Shown in pieces: positions 30,702 through 40,464 of a stretch of 64,000 nucleotides of DNA. Made by a program: the position numbers and the translations under genes. This DNA is from Candidatus Poribacteria bacterium (GTDB lineage: Bacteria; Poribacteria; WGA-4E; WGA-3G). The notes beneath the pieces were generated by a model that did not search any database, had not been told where the DNA came from, and was given only the letters and a program-made list of their open reading frames with translations. How positions within the stretch are numbered: position 1 is the first letter of the stretch; each line of letters opens with the position of its first letter. The DNA lies in assembly GCA_965198235.1 (NCBI GenBank), contig OZ240248.1, positions 4,512,001-4,576,000 on the forward strand, given 5' to 3'.

Positions 30702-31796
30702 ATGAAGATAGGCATTGTAGGCAGACCACAGGTCGGAAAAACGACGGTGTTTAATACCTTAGCCCAATCTAATGCAGAAATTGGGGGCTACACCAGTCGC
30801 GGGCAGATAAACCTGAGTACTGCCAACATCCCAGACGAACGCTTGGAACAGATAGCAAAGATATCCGAATCAAAAAAAACAACGCCCGCTACAATTGACT
30901 ATGTAGACGTTGCTGGGGTAACGAAATCGGACATGGAACAAGCAGCGTTAGATTCCGGGATGATCGCAGAACTCCGCACAGTTGATGCCCTTGCACATGT
31001 CGTTAGGCTTTTTGAAGACGAAACGGTTCCACACGTTGACGGAAGTGTTGACGCAGAACGCGATATTGAAAGTGTTGCCCTTGAGTTCGCATTGGCAGAT
31101 CTGCAGATCGTTGAAGGTAGACTTACCCGACTCCGTAAGCAATTTCAAAATCAGAAACTTCCGGAACAGCAAAGTGAAATTAAACTTTTAGAGGCGTGTC
31201 AGAAAACCCTTGAGGCTGGAAAACCGATCCGAATCCTTGACCTCTCTGCCAATGAAGAGAAGTTGATACGCGGTTACGGGTTTTTGACACAGAAACCGTT
31301 GCTGTTAGTCTGCAACATCGGTGAAACACAACTGGACGCGGCTGATGAAATTCTCGAACGCTTCACTAAACATGAAACGGAACCGCAAACGGCAGTCATA
31401 GTTCTCGCCGCACAATTAGAAATGGAGCTGTCCCAACTTGATGAAACGGATACCGAGATTTTCATGGAGGAAATGGGATTGCACGAATCTGCTTTAGAGC
31501 GGTTCATCCAGACTTCGTATCGGTTATTAGGGCTGCTAACGTTCTTTACAACGGGTCCAATCGAGACGCGAGCGTGGACACTGCGTGAGGGGCAAACTGC
31601 TGTCGAGGCAGCGGGACGTGTACACACCGATTTCGCAAAAGGTTTCATCCGTTCCGAAACAATTAATTGGGCTGACTTAGTAGCGTGTGGCAGCTATCCG
31701 CAGGCGCGTAGTAAAGGTTTGCTGAGAGCCGAGGGCAAAACCTATCAGGTCCAAGAGGGTGATGTTCTACTCATTCTGGCAAATCCGACTCACTAA
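30702..31796 (+). CDS. ychF: Obg-family ATPase YchF
   Basis: GIVG.P.VGKTT.FN, D.AG, LT.KP, FFT.G..E.RAW and HTDF.KGFIR motifs. Confidence 0.92.
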   Translation: MKIGIVGRPQVGKTTVFNTLAQSNAEIGGYTSRGQINLSTANIPDERLEQIAKISESKKTTPATIDYVDVAGVTKSDMEQAALDSGMIAELRTVDALAHVVRLFEDETVPHVDGSVDAERDIESVALEFALADLQIVEGRLTRLRKQFQNQKLPEQQSEIKLLEACQKTLEAGKPIRILDLSANEEKLIRGYGFLTQKPLLLVCNIGETQLDAADEILERFTKHETEPQTAVIVLAAQLEMELSQLDETDTEIFMEEMGLHESALERFIQTSYRLLGLLTFFTTGPIETRAWTLREGQTAVEAAGRVHTDFAKGFIRSETINWADLVACGSYPQARSKGLLRAEGKTYQVQEGDVLLILANPTH

Positions 31797-32439
31797 ACAC
31801 ATTATCCCGCAAATCAGCGATTGCCTCCATCATCTGATTGCCCATCTGTTGGTACATCTCGCGCCTCGTTTCAAATTCTTCGGTAGTGAGTTCAAGAGGG
31901 GCACCAAAGACGACAGTTAACTTTGACCGGCGCAGCCGTTTACTATTGCGCGGCAACATCCGTTCCGCACCCCTGTGGAAAACAGGAATAGTGGGTACAC
32001 CTGCTCGGTGTGCAATAAAACAGGCACCGTCACGCGCTTTACCTAATGTGCCATCGACACTACGAGTGCCTTCGGGAAATATCAGCACAGCGTTACCAGT
32101 TTGCAAAAGCGAAATAGTCCGCCGCAACGCCCCTAAGTCAGGGGCATCTCTATTTACAGGGTAGGCATTATAGGCTGAGATGAGTTTCCCTAAGCCGGGA
32201 ATGTCGAATGCATTACTTCGCGCCATATAATGAATCTCGCGGTTGGCGGCAGAACCAACGACAACTGGGTCAAGAAAGCTGACGTGATTTGAGACGAGCA
32301 GCACCCCGCCCTCTCTCGGAATATGGTGAACGCCTTGCGCTTCGAGATGTCCCATTGTTTTACAGAAAAGGCTTGTAAGTCGATGACCCCATCGATAGAC
32401 CGCACGGGATGTCCAAAACTGATTATTGGTATACCACAT
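31771..32439 (-). CDS. plsC: 1-acyl-sn-glycerol-3-phosphate acyltransferase
   Basis: NH.S.LD and IFPEGTRS motifs; follows cmk. Confidence 0.9.
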   Translation of the reverse strand: MWYTNNQFWTSRAVYRWGHRLTSLFCKTMGHLEAQGVHHIPREGGVLLVSNHVSFLDPVVVGSAANREIHYMARSNAFDIPGLGKLISAYNAYPVNRDAPDLGALRRTISLLQTGNAVLIFPEGTRSVDGTLGKARDGACFIAHRAGVPTIPVFHRGAERMLPRNSKRLRRSKLTVVFGAPLELTTEEFETRREMYQQMGNQMMEAIADLRDNVFSESDLPE

Positions 32440-32448
32440 AAAAAATAC

Positions 32449-32498
32449 CGGGGTTGCAAACCCCTCCTACAAATATCGGGGTTACAAACCCCTCCTAC
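32449..32498. repeat. Tandem pair of GTAG-type REP-like palindromes
   Basis: cggggttgcaaacccctcctac and cggggttacaaacccctcctac. Confidence 0.7.
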
Positions 32499-32500
32499 AA

Positions 32501-33175
32501 TTACTGCTCGTTTGCCCACACCTGTGCGACAATCAAATCAACCACTTCTTCAATCGTTTTATCGGTCGTATCAATAACAATCGCATCGTCAGCAGCACGC
32601 AGCGGACTGTGTTCTCGCGTTATATCTTTTTCATCGCGCTCGCGAATCTCTGCTTCAACCGCTGCTAACGTTGCCTCTTCGTTTTGTGCTTGGAGGTCGG
32701 CAAGTTTACGTTTTGCACGCTCCGTCATAGAAGCGTCAAGATAGAACTTAAAATCGGCGTTCGGAAAAACGATGGTCGTCAAATCTCTACCTTCAGCGAT
32801 GATGCTTCCTTCGGCACCGATCCGCTGTTGATGGTTCACAATTTCACGACGAATCTCTGGGATTTTCGCGACATCTGCGACCAATCTGTTGACTGCTGGC
32901 GTTCGGATCTGTTTGGACACATCTTCGGCATTGAGCAGAATCGTTCTACCGTTATCCGTGAATTCGATATGACACGCTTTCACGCGGTCGATGAGTTTCG
33001 GGCTATCCGCCGCAAGTCCTTCCTCTATCGCCAACAGTGTCACTGCTCGGTACATTGCCCCGGAATCGAGATAAAGCAGTCCGAGTTTTTCTGCGACCCG
33101 TCGAGCCACCGTGCTTTTCCCAGACCCGGCGGGTCCATCCATCGCAATCGTCACCTGAGATCCAGTTTCTTTCAT
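32501..33175 (-). CDS. cmk: Cytidylate kinase
   Basis: DGPAGSGKST, DSGAMYRA, EGRD...VFP.A and RD..D..R..SPL motifs. Confidence 0.96.
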   Translation of the reverse strand: MKETGSQVTIAMDGPAGSGKSTVARRVAEKLGLLYLDSGAMYRAVTLLAIEEGLAADSPKLIDRVKACHIEFTDNGRTILLNAEDVSKQIRTPAVNRLVADVAKIPEIRREIVNHQQRIGAEGSIIAEGRDLTTIVFPNADFKFYLDASMTERAKRKLADLQAQNEEATLAAVEAEIRERDEKDITREHSPLRAADDAIVIDTTDKTIEEVVDLIVAQVWANEQ

Positions 33176-34080
33176 GCGCCTCCTAATACTTTTCTGCGCT
33201 TTTCGACGATAACTTGTGCCTCCAGAAGTACACGTTCAATCTCGACAAGGTTATCGGTCTGAAGCATGGTCTTGAATTCAGCTAAGTTGTCAACGATGTC
33301 ATCAATGAGTGATAAAAGGACATCTCTGTTCTGGGTGAAAATGCCGGCCCACAGGTCTGGTGAACCCGCCGCGATACGGGTAGAATCCCGAAAGCCGGTC
33401 GCCGTAAAGTCCAATGCTTTATGATGCTCGATTTCCACATTCGCAACAGTATTGGCAAGCAAACTGGCAATGAGATGCGGTAGATGGCTTGCGGCACCGA
33501 TGAGCAGATCGTGGATTTCAGGAGAGAGGAGATGTGGGACTGCTCCGACAAATTCCCACAGATTTTTAACCCGTTGTAGGGAATCCGAATCAGTGTTTTC
33601 TGTGGGTGTCAAAATACAGGTGGCGTTTTCAAAAAGTGTCGCCCGCGCTGCGCTGACTCCGGTTTCGTGGGAGCCTGCCATCGGATGTGCACCTACAAAC
33701 GAAAGGACATCCGACTCCTGTTCCCTCAGCTGTGCCTCGACCGTCTGCACTAACACCGATTTCGTACTGCCCACGTCCGTCAACACCATGCGTTGCTGCT
33801 GCCCATCAACAACTTCAACGATACACTCGACTAACACTGGGACCAGCTCAACAGGGGTGCACAGGACGACAAGGTCGCTTCCGCGCAGCCCTTCCGCCAC
33901 CTCTGTCGTAACCGCATCAACCGCATCGTATTGGAGTGCTTTTTCAAGCCTGCCGATGTTGCGTCCCAATCCGACACGTTGACCTTGAAATCCATTCTTT
34001 TTCAGGGCGAGTCCAAGCGACCCTCCGATTAAACCGACACCCCATATTGTAATTCGACGAAGCTGTTGTATCTGTCCCAT
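33172..34080 (-). CDS. tyrA: Prephenate dehydrogenase
   Basis: G.GLIGGS, TDVGSTK, HPMAGS, HD....SHLPH and GFRD.TRIA motifs. Confidence 0.93.
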   Translation of the reverse strand: MGQIQQLRRITIWGVGLIGGSLGLALKKNGFQGQRVGLGRNIGRLEKALQYDAVDAVTTEVAEGLRGSDLVVLCTPVELVPVLVECIVEVVDGQQQRMVLTDVGSTKSVLVQTVEAQLREQESDVLSFVGAHPMAGSHETGVSAARATLFENATCILTPTENTDSDSLQRVKNLWEFVGAVPHLLSPEIHDLLIGAASHLPHLIASLLANTVANVEIEHHKALDFTATGFRDSTRIAAGSPDLWAGIFTQNRDVLLSLIDDIVDNLAEFKTMLQTDNLVEIERVLLEAQVIVEKRRKVLGGA

Positions 34081-34203
34081 AGTTAAGTCTCGAAAACCTT
34101 CAATCTACGAAATATCGCGGCACACCTGATAGGTAGAAATCTTACTATATTCTAAGGGAATCCACGACTCTTTGTCAAGTGAAAATCGGTGGATGCAGTT
34201 TTT

Positions 34204-36114
34204 TCACCAGATAAAGCGATACATTGGCTTCTCCATGAAAATGCCGAGAAGTCCCCAGACACTCCCTACCAAGAATTCACCCAAAATCAGCCCTAAAAAG
34301 AACGGTGCGACCCGCCGAAACGTCCGCACACCACCGAAACGCAGAATCGCTAACTTGATGAAATAACTGATGAAAACCGAAAACCAGAAAAAGTTCACCG
34401 CCCACGTCCCGGAGATGGCATATCCAATCGGATACAGGGGCCACCAGAAAAAGCGGAGCCGAACCAAAGTAAGACCGAACGCGAACAGAAGCCCACAAAC
34501 CATCGCAATCAACGACGGAATGTTCACAGGCATCGGGTTCGTCAGCCAATTCTGGGTGCGGTTGAACACAGAACCCGACCAGACCTCTATCGCACCACTT
34601 TCATAACCGAGATGCAGCGCGCCCCAAAACGCTGCGAAAGGACTTAGTACCATCGCGAGGAGCATCGCGACGGCAATCCGCCGTGTAGAATTACGCGACC
34701 GTTCCGCCAATTTTAAGCCCTCTAACTGATGCGGCATCGTATTGCCCCGATACGCACGGTTGAAGCAGAATATCAGCGAAAACAGTGCCAGATTCTGTCC
34801 GCCGAGCCGTCGCATCCCAAACATTTTAGGGAGTAAGACATCGGGTCCCATAGAGCGTAAATCGTGAATCGGCGGACCCAGCTCGGCACGGACACGCGTA
34901 ATCACGGTCACCGTCGTTAGATGGATAGCAAAGACGAGCACCGCAACCCAGAAAGACATCCCCGCAACCCACCAAAAACCGGTGAGGAGCAGAAACCCAC
35001 AGATTAACCCTAACACCGCAGTGCGATAGGCCATCGGTTCGTTGGAGTCCGTTTTTCTGTTTCCATGCCATGCCTGCCTAAGGACATTCCGCAAATGGTC
35101 CCGTGCACTCCACAACGCCATGCCCAAGACACCGACACAAACCCCGAAGGATTGGTCAAAGATGAACGGGAACCCCGGAATCCGCTGCAATCCAGCGATA
35201 CTCCCGAAGATCATTTCAAACTTCCAGAAGATATAGAAAAACCAGAACGTAAACGAAAGGTCCAACGGGATAAAATACGCCATCCCGACAACGAAGGGAA
35301 AGAAAACGATTGGCGTCCAGCCAATCGCATTCCACGGTTTCGTCGTAAACAGTGGACGCAGATCATAGAACTCACCACCGAGTCCCGGAAAGTTTGGGAA
35401 TAGAAAATGCAGTCCGTTAACCACATCTATCCCACCCGCGAGGATGATGCCGACCCACAACGGTTTTGAGCGGAAGAAACGCACCGTTGTCATCTGATAC
35501 GGCAACTCAATAATCGGATAGCTGAGCCGTTCAACTTCAATCCACTGCCTTCTTAGCATAACGTTGATGCAAAACGTCGTGAACAGCAGAACGATGATAA
35601 ACCCGCTCCACGCAAGCACAGGTCGCCACCACAACTCAAGGTGCGGACGCAGATAGAGGCTGGACTCCCCTGTAAAATAGACAGTCAAATGGTTCTTATC
35701 CGTCAAGGCGAGCCAGTCTGGAAGATAGCGGTGGAAAAGCGTGCCCCACTCATTCTCCTCTGTCGCCAACCAACCGACCGTAGCGATATTCGTGATAATC
35801 ACCTCAAACAGGTCATGTCCACAGATAGCGGATGCTACAGAAAGCATTGCGTAGAGCGTCAGCAATTCGCCTTGGGTGAGTGCGGCGCGTGGTGCGAACC
35901 GATGAAGGATCGTATTGAGAGCTATCAGGATGACGAGTGCGAAGATGGTATTGAAAAAGAGGGACATCGTCGTCGGGAACCCTTGGTCCCAACGCAGCGA
36001 TGCGAAGACCCAATAGTTATTGAAGGGAATCAGCGCGAGCCCCAGCCAAATAATCCGCCAACGGATTTTCCGACGAGAAGGAGACGTAGAGAGGGCAGGC
36101 GAGTGTTGCTGCAT
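34204..36114 (-). CDS. Polytopic membrane protein, DUF6785/DUF6784-like (OPT-like putative transporter)
   Basis: Many TM helices; ELLT.Y.M, R.QW...ERL.YP, WWPL.P.GY and PFFLGL..GE motifs. Confidence 0.7.
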   Translation of the reverse strand: MQQHSPALSTSPSRRKIRWRIIWLGLALIPFNNYWVFASLRWDQGFPTTMSLFFNTIFALVILIALNTILHRFAPRAALTQGELLTLYAMLSVASAICGHDLFEVIITNIATVGWLATEENEWGTLFHRYLPDWLALTDKNHLTVYFTGESSLYLRPHLELWWRPVLAWSGFIIVLLFTTFCINVMLRRQWIEVERLSYPIIELPYQMTTVRFFRSKPLWVGIILAGGIDVVNGLHFLFPNFPGLGGEFYDLRPLFTTKPWNAIGWTPIVFFPFVVGMAYFIPLDLSFTFWFFYIFWKFEMIFGSIAGLQRIPGFPFIFDQSFGVCVGVLGMALWSARDHLRNVLRQAWHGNRKTDSNEPMAYRTAVLGLICGFLLLTGFWWVAGMSFWVAVLVFAIHLTTVTVITRVRAELGPPIHDLRSMGPDVLLPKMFGMRRLGGQNLALFSLIFCFNRAYRGNTMPHQLEGLKLAERSRNSTRRIAVAMLLAMVLSPFAAFWGALHLGYESGAIEVWSGSVFNRTQNWLTNPMPVNIPSLIAMVCGLLFAFGLTLVRLRFFWWPLYPIGYAISGTWAVNFFWFSVFISYFIKLAILRFGGVRTFRRVAPFFLGLILGEFLVGSVWGLLGIFMEKPMYRFIW

Positions 36115-36202
36115 AGAGAGCCCCAGTCAAGGTGTGTGTCGTTTTACCCATAAATCGCAACGCCATTATACCCCAGAATTGAACTGTACTCAAGATTTTT
36201 GT

Positions 36203-36231
36203 TTGCAAAATTAAAGCAGATTTGGTAAAAT
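36203..36231 (+). promoter_or_regulatory. Sigma70-type promoter of the TPR operon
   Basis: TTGCAA-17-TAAAAT. Confidence 0.55.
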
Positions 36232-36276
36232 ACCACCAAAACTAACCCTAAAGTAACCTTTTTCTTTCCCAAGCAA

Positions 36277-38448
36277 ATGAACGCTATAAAAGAGGCACAC
36301 TATAACCTCGGTATCGCTTATCTGGAGGCGGGGCAATACAACAGAGCAGTCCCTGAGTTTGAAGCAGCCATAAAGTTGGATGCGGATTTCATTGGGGCAC
36401 ACTGCGCGCTCTGCCGAGCGTATCTCGAACAGGACGAATTAGAGAAAGCAAGCACCTCGGTCACAGCGGCGTTAAAACTCGATGCCACCCACCAACCCGC
36501 GCTGCTGCTGTGTGACACCATAACACACGCATACTACGACAGGGGCAAAGAGTATCTCAACGCCGAACGTTATACAGAAGCCGTTTCCATATTCCAGAAA
36601 GCACTAACCCTTGTCGAAGACTTGGGACGTAGTTCACAGGTTTCCGACATTGAAAATAAGCATATCTATGCACATCTCGGTGCCGCTTACATTGGACTGA
36701 AGACATATCCGAAGGCAATCGATGCATTACAAAACGCGATAGCCTTAGATGCCGATCTCGTCGATGCGCACTACAACCTCGGCTATGCTTACGTCGAACA
36801 GGGGCACTATGACCAAGCGATACCGCACCTTGAACGTGCGATAGCCATCGCTCCGAATCTCAAACGCGCACACTATCACCTTGCGCGCTCACATCGGGAA
36901 TTAGGCAATTTGGAGGCGGCGACACATGCCGTTACAGAGACATTAAGGCTCGACCCCAATTATCAACGCGCGCATGAACTCGCGAACTCGATAAAACAGG
37001 CGCACTACAACAGAGGTATCACCTACCTCAACGATGAACGTTATAGTGAAGCCGTTACAGCCTTTCAGAATGCTATAGCCCTCGATTCCGATTTCACTAC
37101 TGCACACTACAATTTGGGGTTAACCTACCTGAAGATGGAAACCTACCGCCGTGCTGTAGATGCCCTTCAGAAGACGACAACTCTGGATCGTAACTATAAA
37201 GCCGCATATCACGCCCTTGCCCTTGCCTACCTCGGACAACAGGAACTCGGAAAGGCGAGAGATGCCGCGAGAGATGCGTTAGAACTGGACCCAAACTATC
37301 AACCCGCACGTTCGCTTTTGGAAGCGATTGATCCGAGCTTTACCCCCTCTGAGACACAATCTGCCACGCCTTCAGAACCAGCGCAACCTGTAAAGCAACA
37401 GCCAGCTGTGAAACCGAGACAGGAAACACATTATGAACTCGGTATCGCTTACAAGGACTCGAAAATGTATACAGAGGCGATTACGGAGTTCCAAAAGGTG
37501 ATAGATCTAGATCCTGATTTTACAGCGGCACACGCGAGTTTAGGCGAAGTCTACCTTGAAATGGGACGACTTGATGATGCCGAAAACGCAGCGAATGCGG
37601 CGTTAAAGATTGACGCTAACTCCCAACCTGCGCGCCAACTTTTGGACGATATTAGACGGGTACGGTCAACCCAATCTCCGCAACCAATTGGCACTTCCTC
37701 AAACGTAGCGGATGTAACAAAGCACCACGAACGTGGAGAAGCGTTCCTCAACAATAAGCAATATAACGAAGCCACCGCCGCATTCAAAAGAGCGATAAAG
37801 GCAGATCCGGATTTTGCAGATGCACACTATGGCTTAGGTGTGGCTTATCTGGAAATGGGAGCACTCGATGACGCTAAAACGGCAGCGGAAGAGGCATCAA
37901 GACTCAAAGCCGACCGTCAACTCGTACACGAACTTCTTATAGCGATAAAGGTTGTCGAAAGAAGTCTGCGCAGACGGAGACTTTGGAAAAAAAGACTGTC
38001 CTACGCCGTTGTCTTAGGTGTTATTGCAGTAGTTGCTTTTCTTGTATTCAACCATAAGCCACCGGTCCCTCCACCAGATCCTGATCTTTCGATCGCAGTC
38101 TCTTTAGAGGAACCTTCAGGGAACGGTTTCCTTGATGCTGGCGAGAAGGTTTGTCTCAGGTTAACTATCAGCAATAAGGGAGGTACAGCTCGCAATGTCG
38201 AACTTAGGTTTGAGCCACCATCTATAGCAGGATTGCGTTTTAGAAAACCCACACTGATTCCAGAATTAAAGAAAAATAGTATAGAAACTATTAGGATCCC
38301 TATTACAGCTAATAAGAAAGTGCAAGGACGCAACCAGGCCTTGGAAATCCAACTGTTCGGTGAGAATAGAACACTCCTCGCGACCAAAAACTTCTCTTTC
38401 AAGATTATACCGGCAACACCAGACCCAATACCGCCAAGGAGACGATAA
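36277..38448 (+). CDS. Tetratricopeptide-repeat protein with C-terminal TM and Ig-like domain
   Basis: Many AHYNLG.AY...A...F..AI.LDP repeats; TM LSYAVVLGVIAVVAFLVF; then EP.GNG.LDAGE...L.ISN.G. Confidence 0.9.
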   Translation: MNAIKEAHYNLGIAYLEAGQYNRAVPEFEAAIKLDADFIGAHCALCRAYLEQDELEKASTSVTAALKLDATHQPALLLCDTITHAYYDRGKEYLNAERYTEAVSIFQKALTLVEDLGRSSQVSDIENKHIYAHLGAAYIGLKTYPKAIDALQNAIALDADLVDAHYNLGYAYVEQGHYDQAIPHLERAIAIAPNLKRAHYHLARSHRELGNLEAATHAVTETLRLDPNYQRAHELANSIKQAHYNRGITYLNDERYSEAVTAFQNAIALDSDFTTAHYNLGLTYLKMETYRRAVDALQKTTTLDRNYKAAYHALALAYLGQQELGKARDAARDALELDPNYQPARSLLEAIDPSFTPSETQSATPSEPAQPVKQQPAVKPRQETHYELGIAYKDSKMYTEAITEFQKVIDLDPDFTAAHASLGEVYLEMGRLDDAENAANAALKIDANSQPARQLLDDIRRVRSTQSPQPIGTSSNVADVTKHHERGEAFLNNKQYNEATAAFKRAIKADPDFADAHYGLGVAYLEMGALDDAKTAAEEASRLKADRQLVHELLIAIKVVERSLRRRRLWKKRLSYAVVLGVIAVVAFLVFNHKPPVPPPDPDLSIAVSLEEPSGNGFLDAGEKVCLRLTISNKGGTARNVELRFEPPSIAGLRFRKPTLIPELKKNSIETIRIPITANKKVQGRNQALEIQLFGENRTLLATKNFSFKIIPATPDPIPPRRR

Positions 38449-40373
38449 TGAACGCTAAAATTTGGGGTATCATCGGTGGAGTTGCCTTGGTACTCGCCCT
38501 CCTATCACCCCTTGTATTAGGGAGTGCCCAAAAGGTAGAAAGGCTTTTTGAAGCCGCCGAAGCGTTGTACGAACGCTTGGATTATGAAGCGGCAATCGCA
38601 AAATATAAAGAGGCACTAAAGGAATCAAAAAAGTTCGGTGCGAAAACAGAGCGGATTGACAAGGATTTTACCACCCTCGCTAATCTTAAAATCGCGCGAT
38701 GCTACTACGAACTCGCTGAAGATAGCAGTGATATTGGACACTATCATAACGCACTTACACACATCAGAAAAGTCGTGCTGAAAGCACAAGTCCCTAAACA
38801 TCAGGAAGAACTCACTTATCTCTGGGCAGAAACCCTCTACAAAACCGGAGATATTGATCAAGCGAAGTCTAAATTCCTGCTGCTCATAGAAAAATTTCCA
38901 AATAGTCGCTGGGTGGAGAAAGCACTTTATACTATTGCGGAGATTAACTATCAACAGCAAGACTACGACACAGCACGAGAGACTTTTCAGAGATTCCTTG
39001 CTGAATTTCCACATTCTGAATTTAAGATGGATGTTGAACAGCGTATTATAAAAATTGATCTGTTGTCTGAAAGAAGAAAATCTTCTGAAGAGTCTGATGA
39101 CGATGATCACGACCCCTTTAAGCTTGATGCGGAACTACAAGCCGAAACAATGTACAACAATGCTCGTGCCTTAAAACAGCAGGGGAACGTTAATGCAGCA
39201 CTCCAACGATATATAGATTTTGTCACACAATATCCGGACAGCCAGTATGCTACCAAAGCTTATGTTGATATGGGCGATCTCTATTTCAAGATGCGGGATA
39301 GCAAGAATGCTCGAAACAGTTATGAGAAAGCCTTGGACCGCTTGGTAGAAGAAGATACTGAAGAAGAAAAAAAAGAAATTTACGAGAAATATCAAAGTAC
39401 TTATTTTATACCACAGTATATAAGTGACGATTCTAAGATTGAAGCCCTAACACCTAGAGAAGATAAGGCACTTGTTAAAGCCAATCTTCTTCGAGCACAA
39501 AGACTTTATGCCGAAGCCGCTCAGCAGTATGTATATTCCGCTAACACGAATCCATCTGTTGAAGATGTAGTGTACGCACTCTATTGGGCTGGTAGATGTT
39601 ACCACCACGCAGCCTTGACTGATGTAACATTTTTTAGTAAATCAGTTAATGCTTTCAGAAGACTCATCAACCATTATGCTGACAGTTCACATACAATTGA
39701 AGCCTATTACCACTTAACTCTGGTGTATATAGACTGGGCACAAACACCCGGATATGCATCTGAGTGGGAATCAGTAATCAAAACAGTTGAAGAAGCTAAC
39801 ATGAAATATACCGACAGCGACAATGCCTCCGATCAGCGACTCCTTGGTCGTATGGAGCCGTTCAAAAACAGGGCACTAATAAAGATAAAAAAGCAAGATC
39901 AAACGGAAGATGATTCTCAATCAGAACATGATTCTAAGACCACAGACAAAGAAACGAACTCCTCTAAAAACGATAGAGAAGAGAATCATAAGACCTTTAG
40001 GCAAACTAATGCAGATAGAGAAAAAACGAAAGAAAAACATTATGGACAAGGACTTACTTACCTCAACCAGAATCAATATGCCCAGGCGATCATCCAATTC
40101 CAAAATGCGATAGAACTTGATTCGCAATTTAAAGAAGCACACTGCAACTTGGCAGTTGCTTATATTGAGCAGGGATCATATGAACAGGCGATACCACCCC
40201 TTCAAGAGGCAACCCGTATTGACCCAGATTTCATAGAGGCGTATTTTAACCTCGGCATCGCTTATTTAAGACTTGGTAGATTTGAAGCCGCGAGAAATGC
40301 AGCGAACGCAGCGTTAAACATTAATCCAAATTATGAACCAGCACAAGATCTTTTAGATTCTATTGCAGACTAA
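38448..40373 (+). CDS. Membrane-anchored/secreted TPR protein (BamD/YbgF-like repeats plus C-terminal TPR block)
   Basis: N-terminal hydrophobic helix; F..LI..FP.S repeats; translationally coupled to the previous gene. Confidence 0.88.
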   Translation: MNAKIWGIIGGVALVLALLSPLVLGSAQKVERLFEAAEALYERLDYEAAIAKYKEALKESKKFGAKTERIDKDFTTLANLKIARCYYELAEDSSDIGHYHNALTHIRKVVLKAQVPKHQEELTYLWAETLYKTGDIDQAKSKFLLLIEKFPNSRWVEKALYTIAEINYQQQDYDTARETFQRFLAEFPHSEFKMDVEQRIIKIDLLSERRKSSEESDDDDHDPFKLDAELQAETMYNNARALKQQGNVNAALQRYIDFVTQYPDSQYATKAYVDMGDLYFKMRDSKNARNSYEKALDRLVEEDTEEEKKEIYEKYQSTYFIPQYISDDSKIEALTPREDKALVKANLLRAQRLYAEAAQQYVYSANTNPSVEDVVYALYWAGRCYHHAALTDVTFFSKSVNAFRRLINHYADSSHTIEAYYHLTLVYIDWAQTPGYASEWESVIKTVEEANMKYTDSDNASDQRLLGRMEPFKNRALIKIKKQDQTEDDSQSEHDSKTTDKETNSSKNDREENHKTFRQTNADREKTKEKHYGQGLTYLNQNQYAQAIIQFQNAIELDSQFKEAHCNLAVAYIEQGSYEQAIPPLQEATRIDPDFIEAYFNLGIAYLRLGRFEAARNAANAALNINPNYEPAQDLLDSIAD

Positions 40374-40464
40374 AGAGTTTGACATAAAATTAATTGGGTG
40401 TCAAAATGTAGTATACGCGAATCCACATTTTTACAAAACAACTACTTAGAAGGAACCGTGCTAT

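Noticed and set aside
31771-31796. Convergent overlap of ychF and plsC
   Set aside because: Short 3' overlaps are common; nothing suggests a function.
32449-32498. Possible mini-CRISPR
   Set aside because: Only two palindromic units separated by ~6 nt; fits REP-like repeats.
34076-34086. CCCATAGTTAA at the tyrA start, identical to the end of the start-codon element
   Set aside because: Opposite orientation relative to the gene and none of the rest of the element is present; likely chance.
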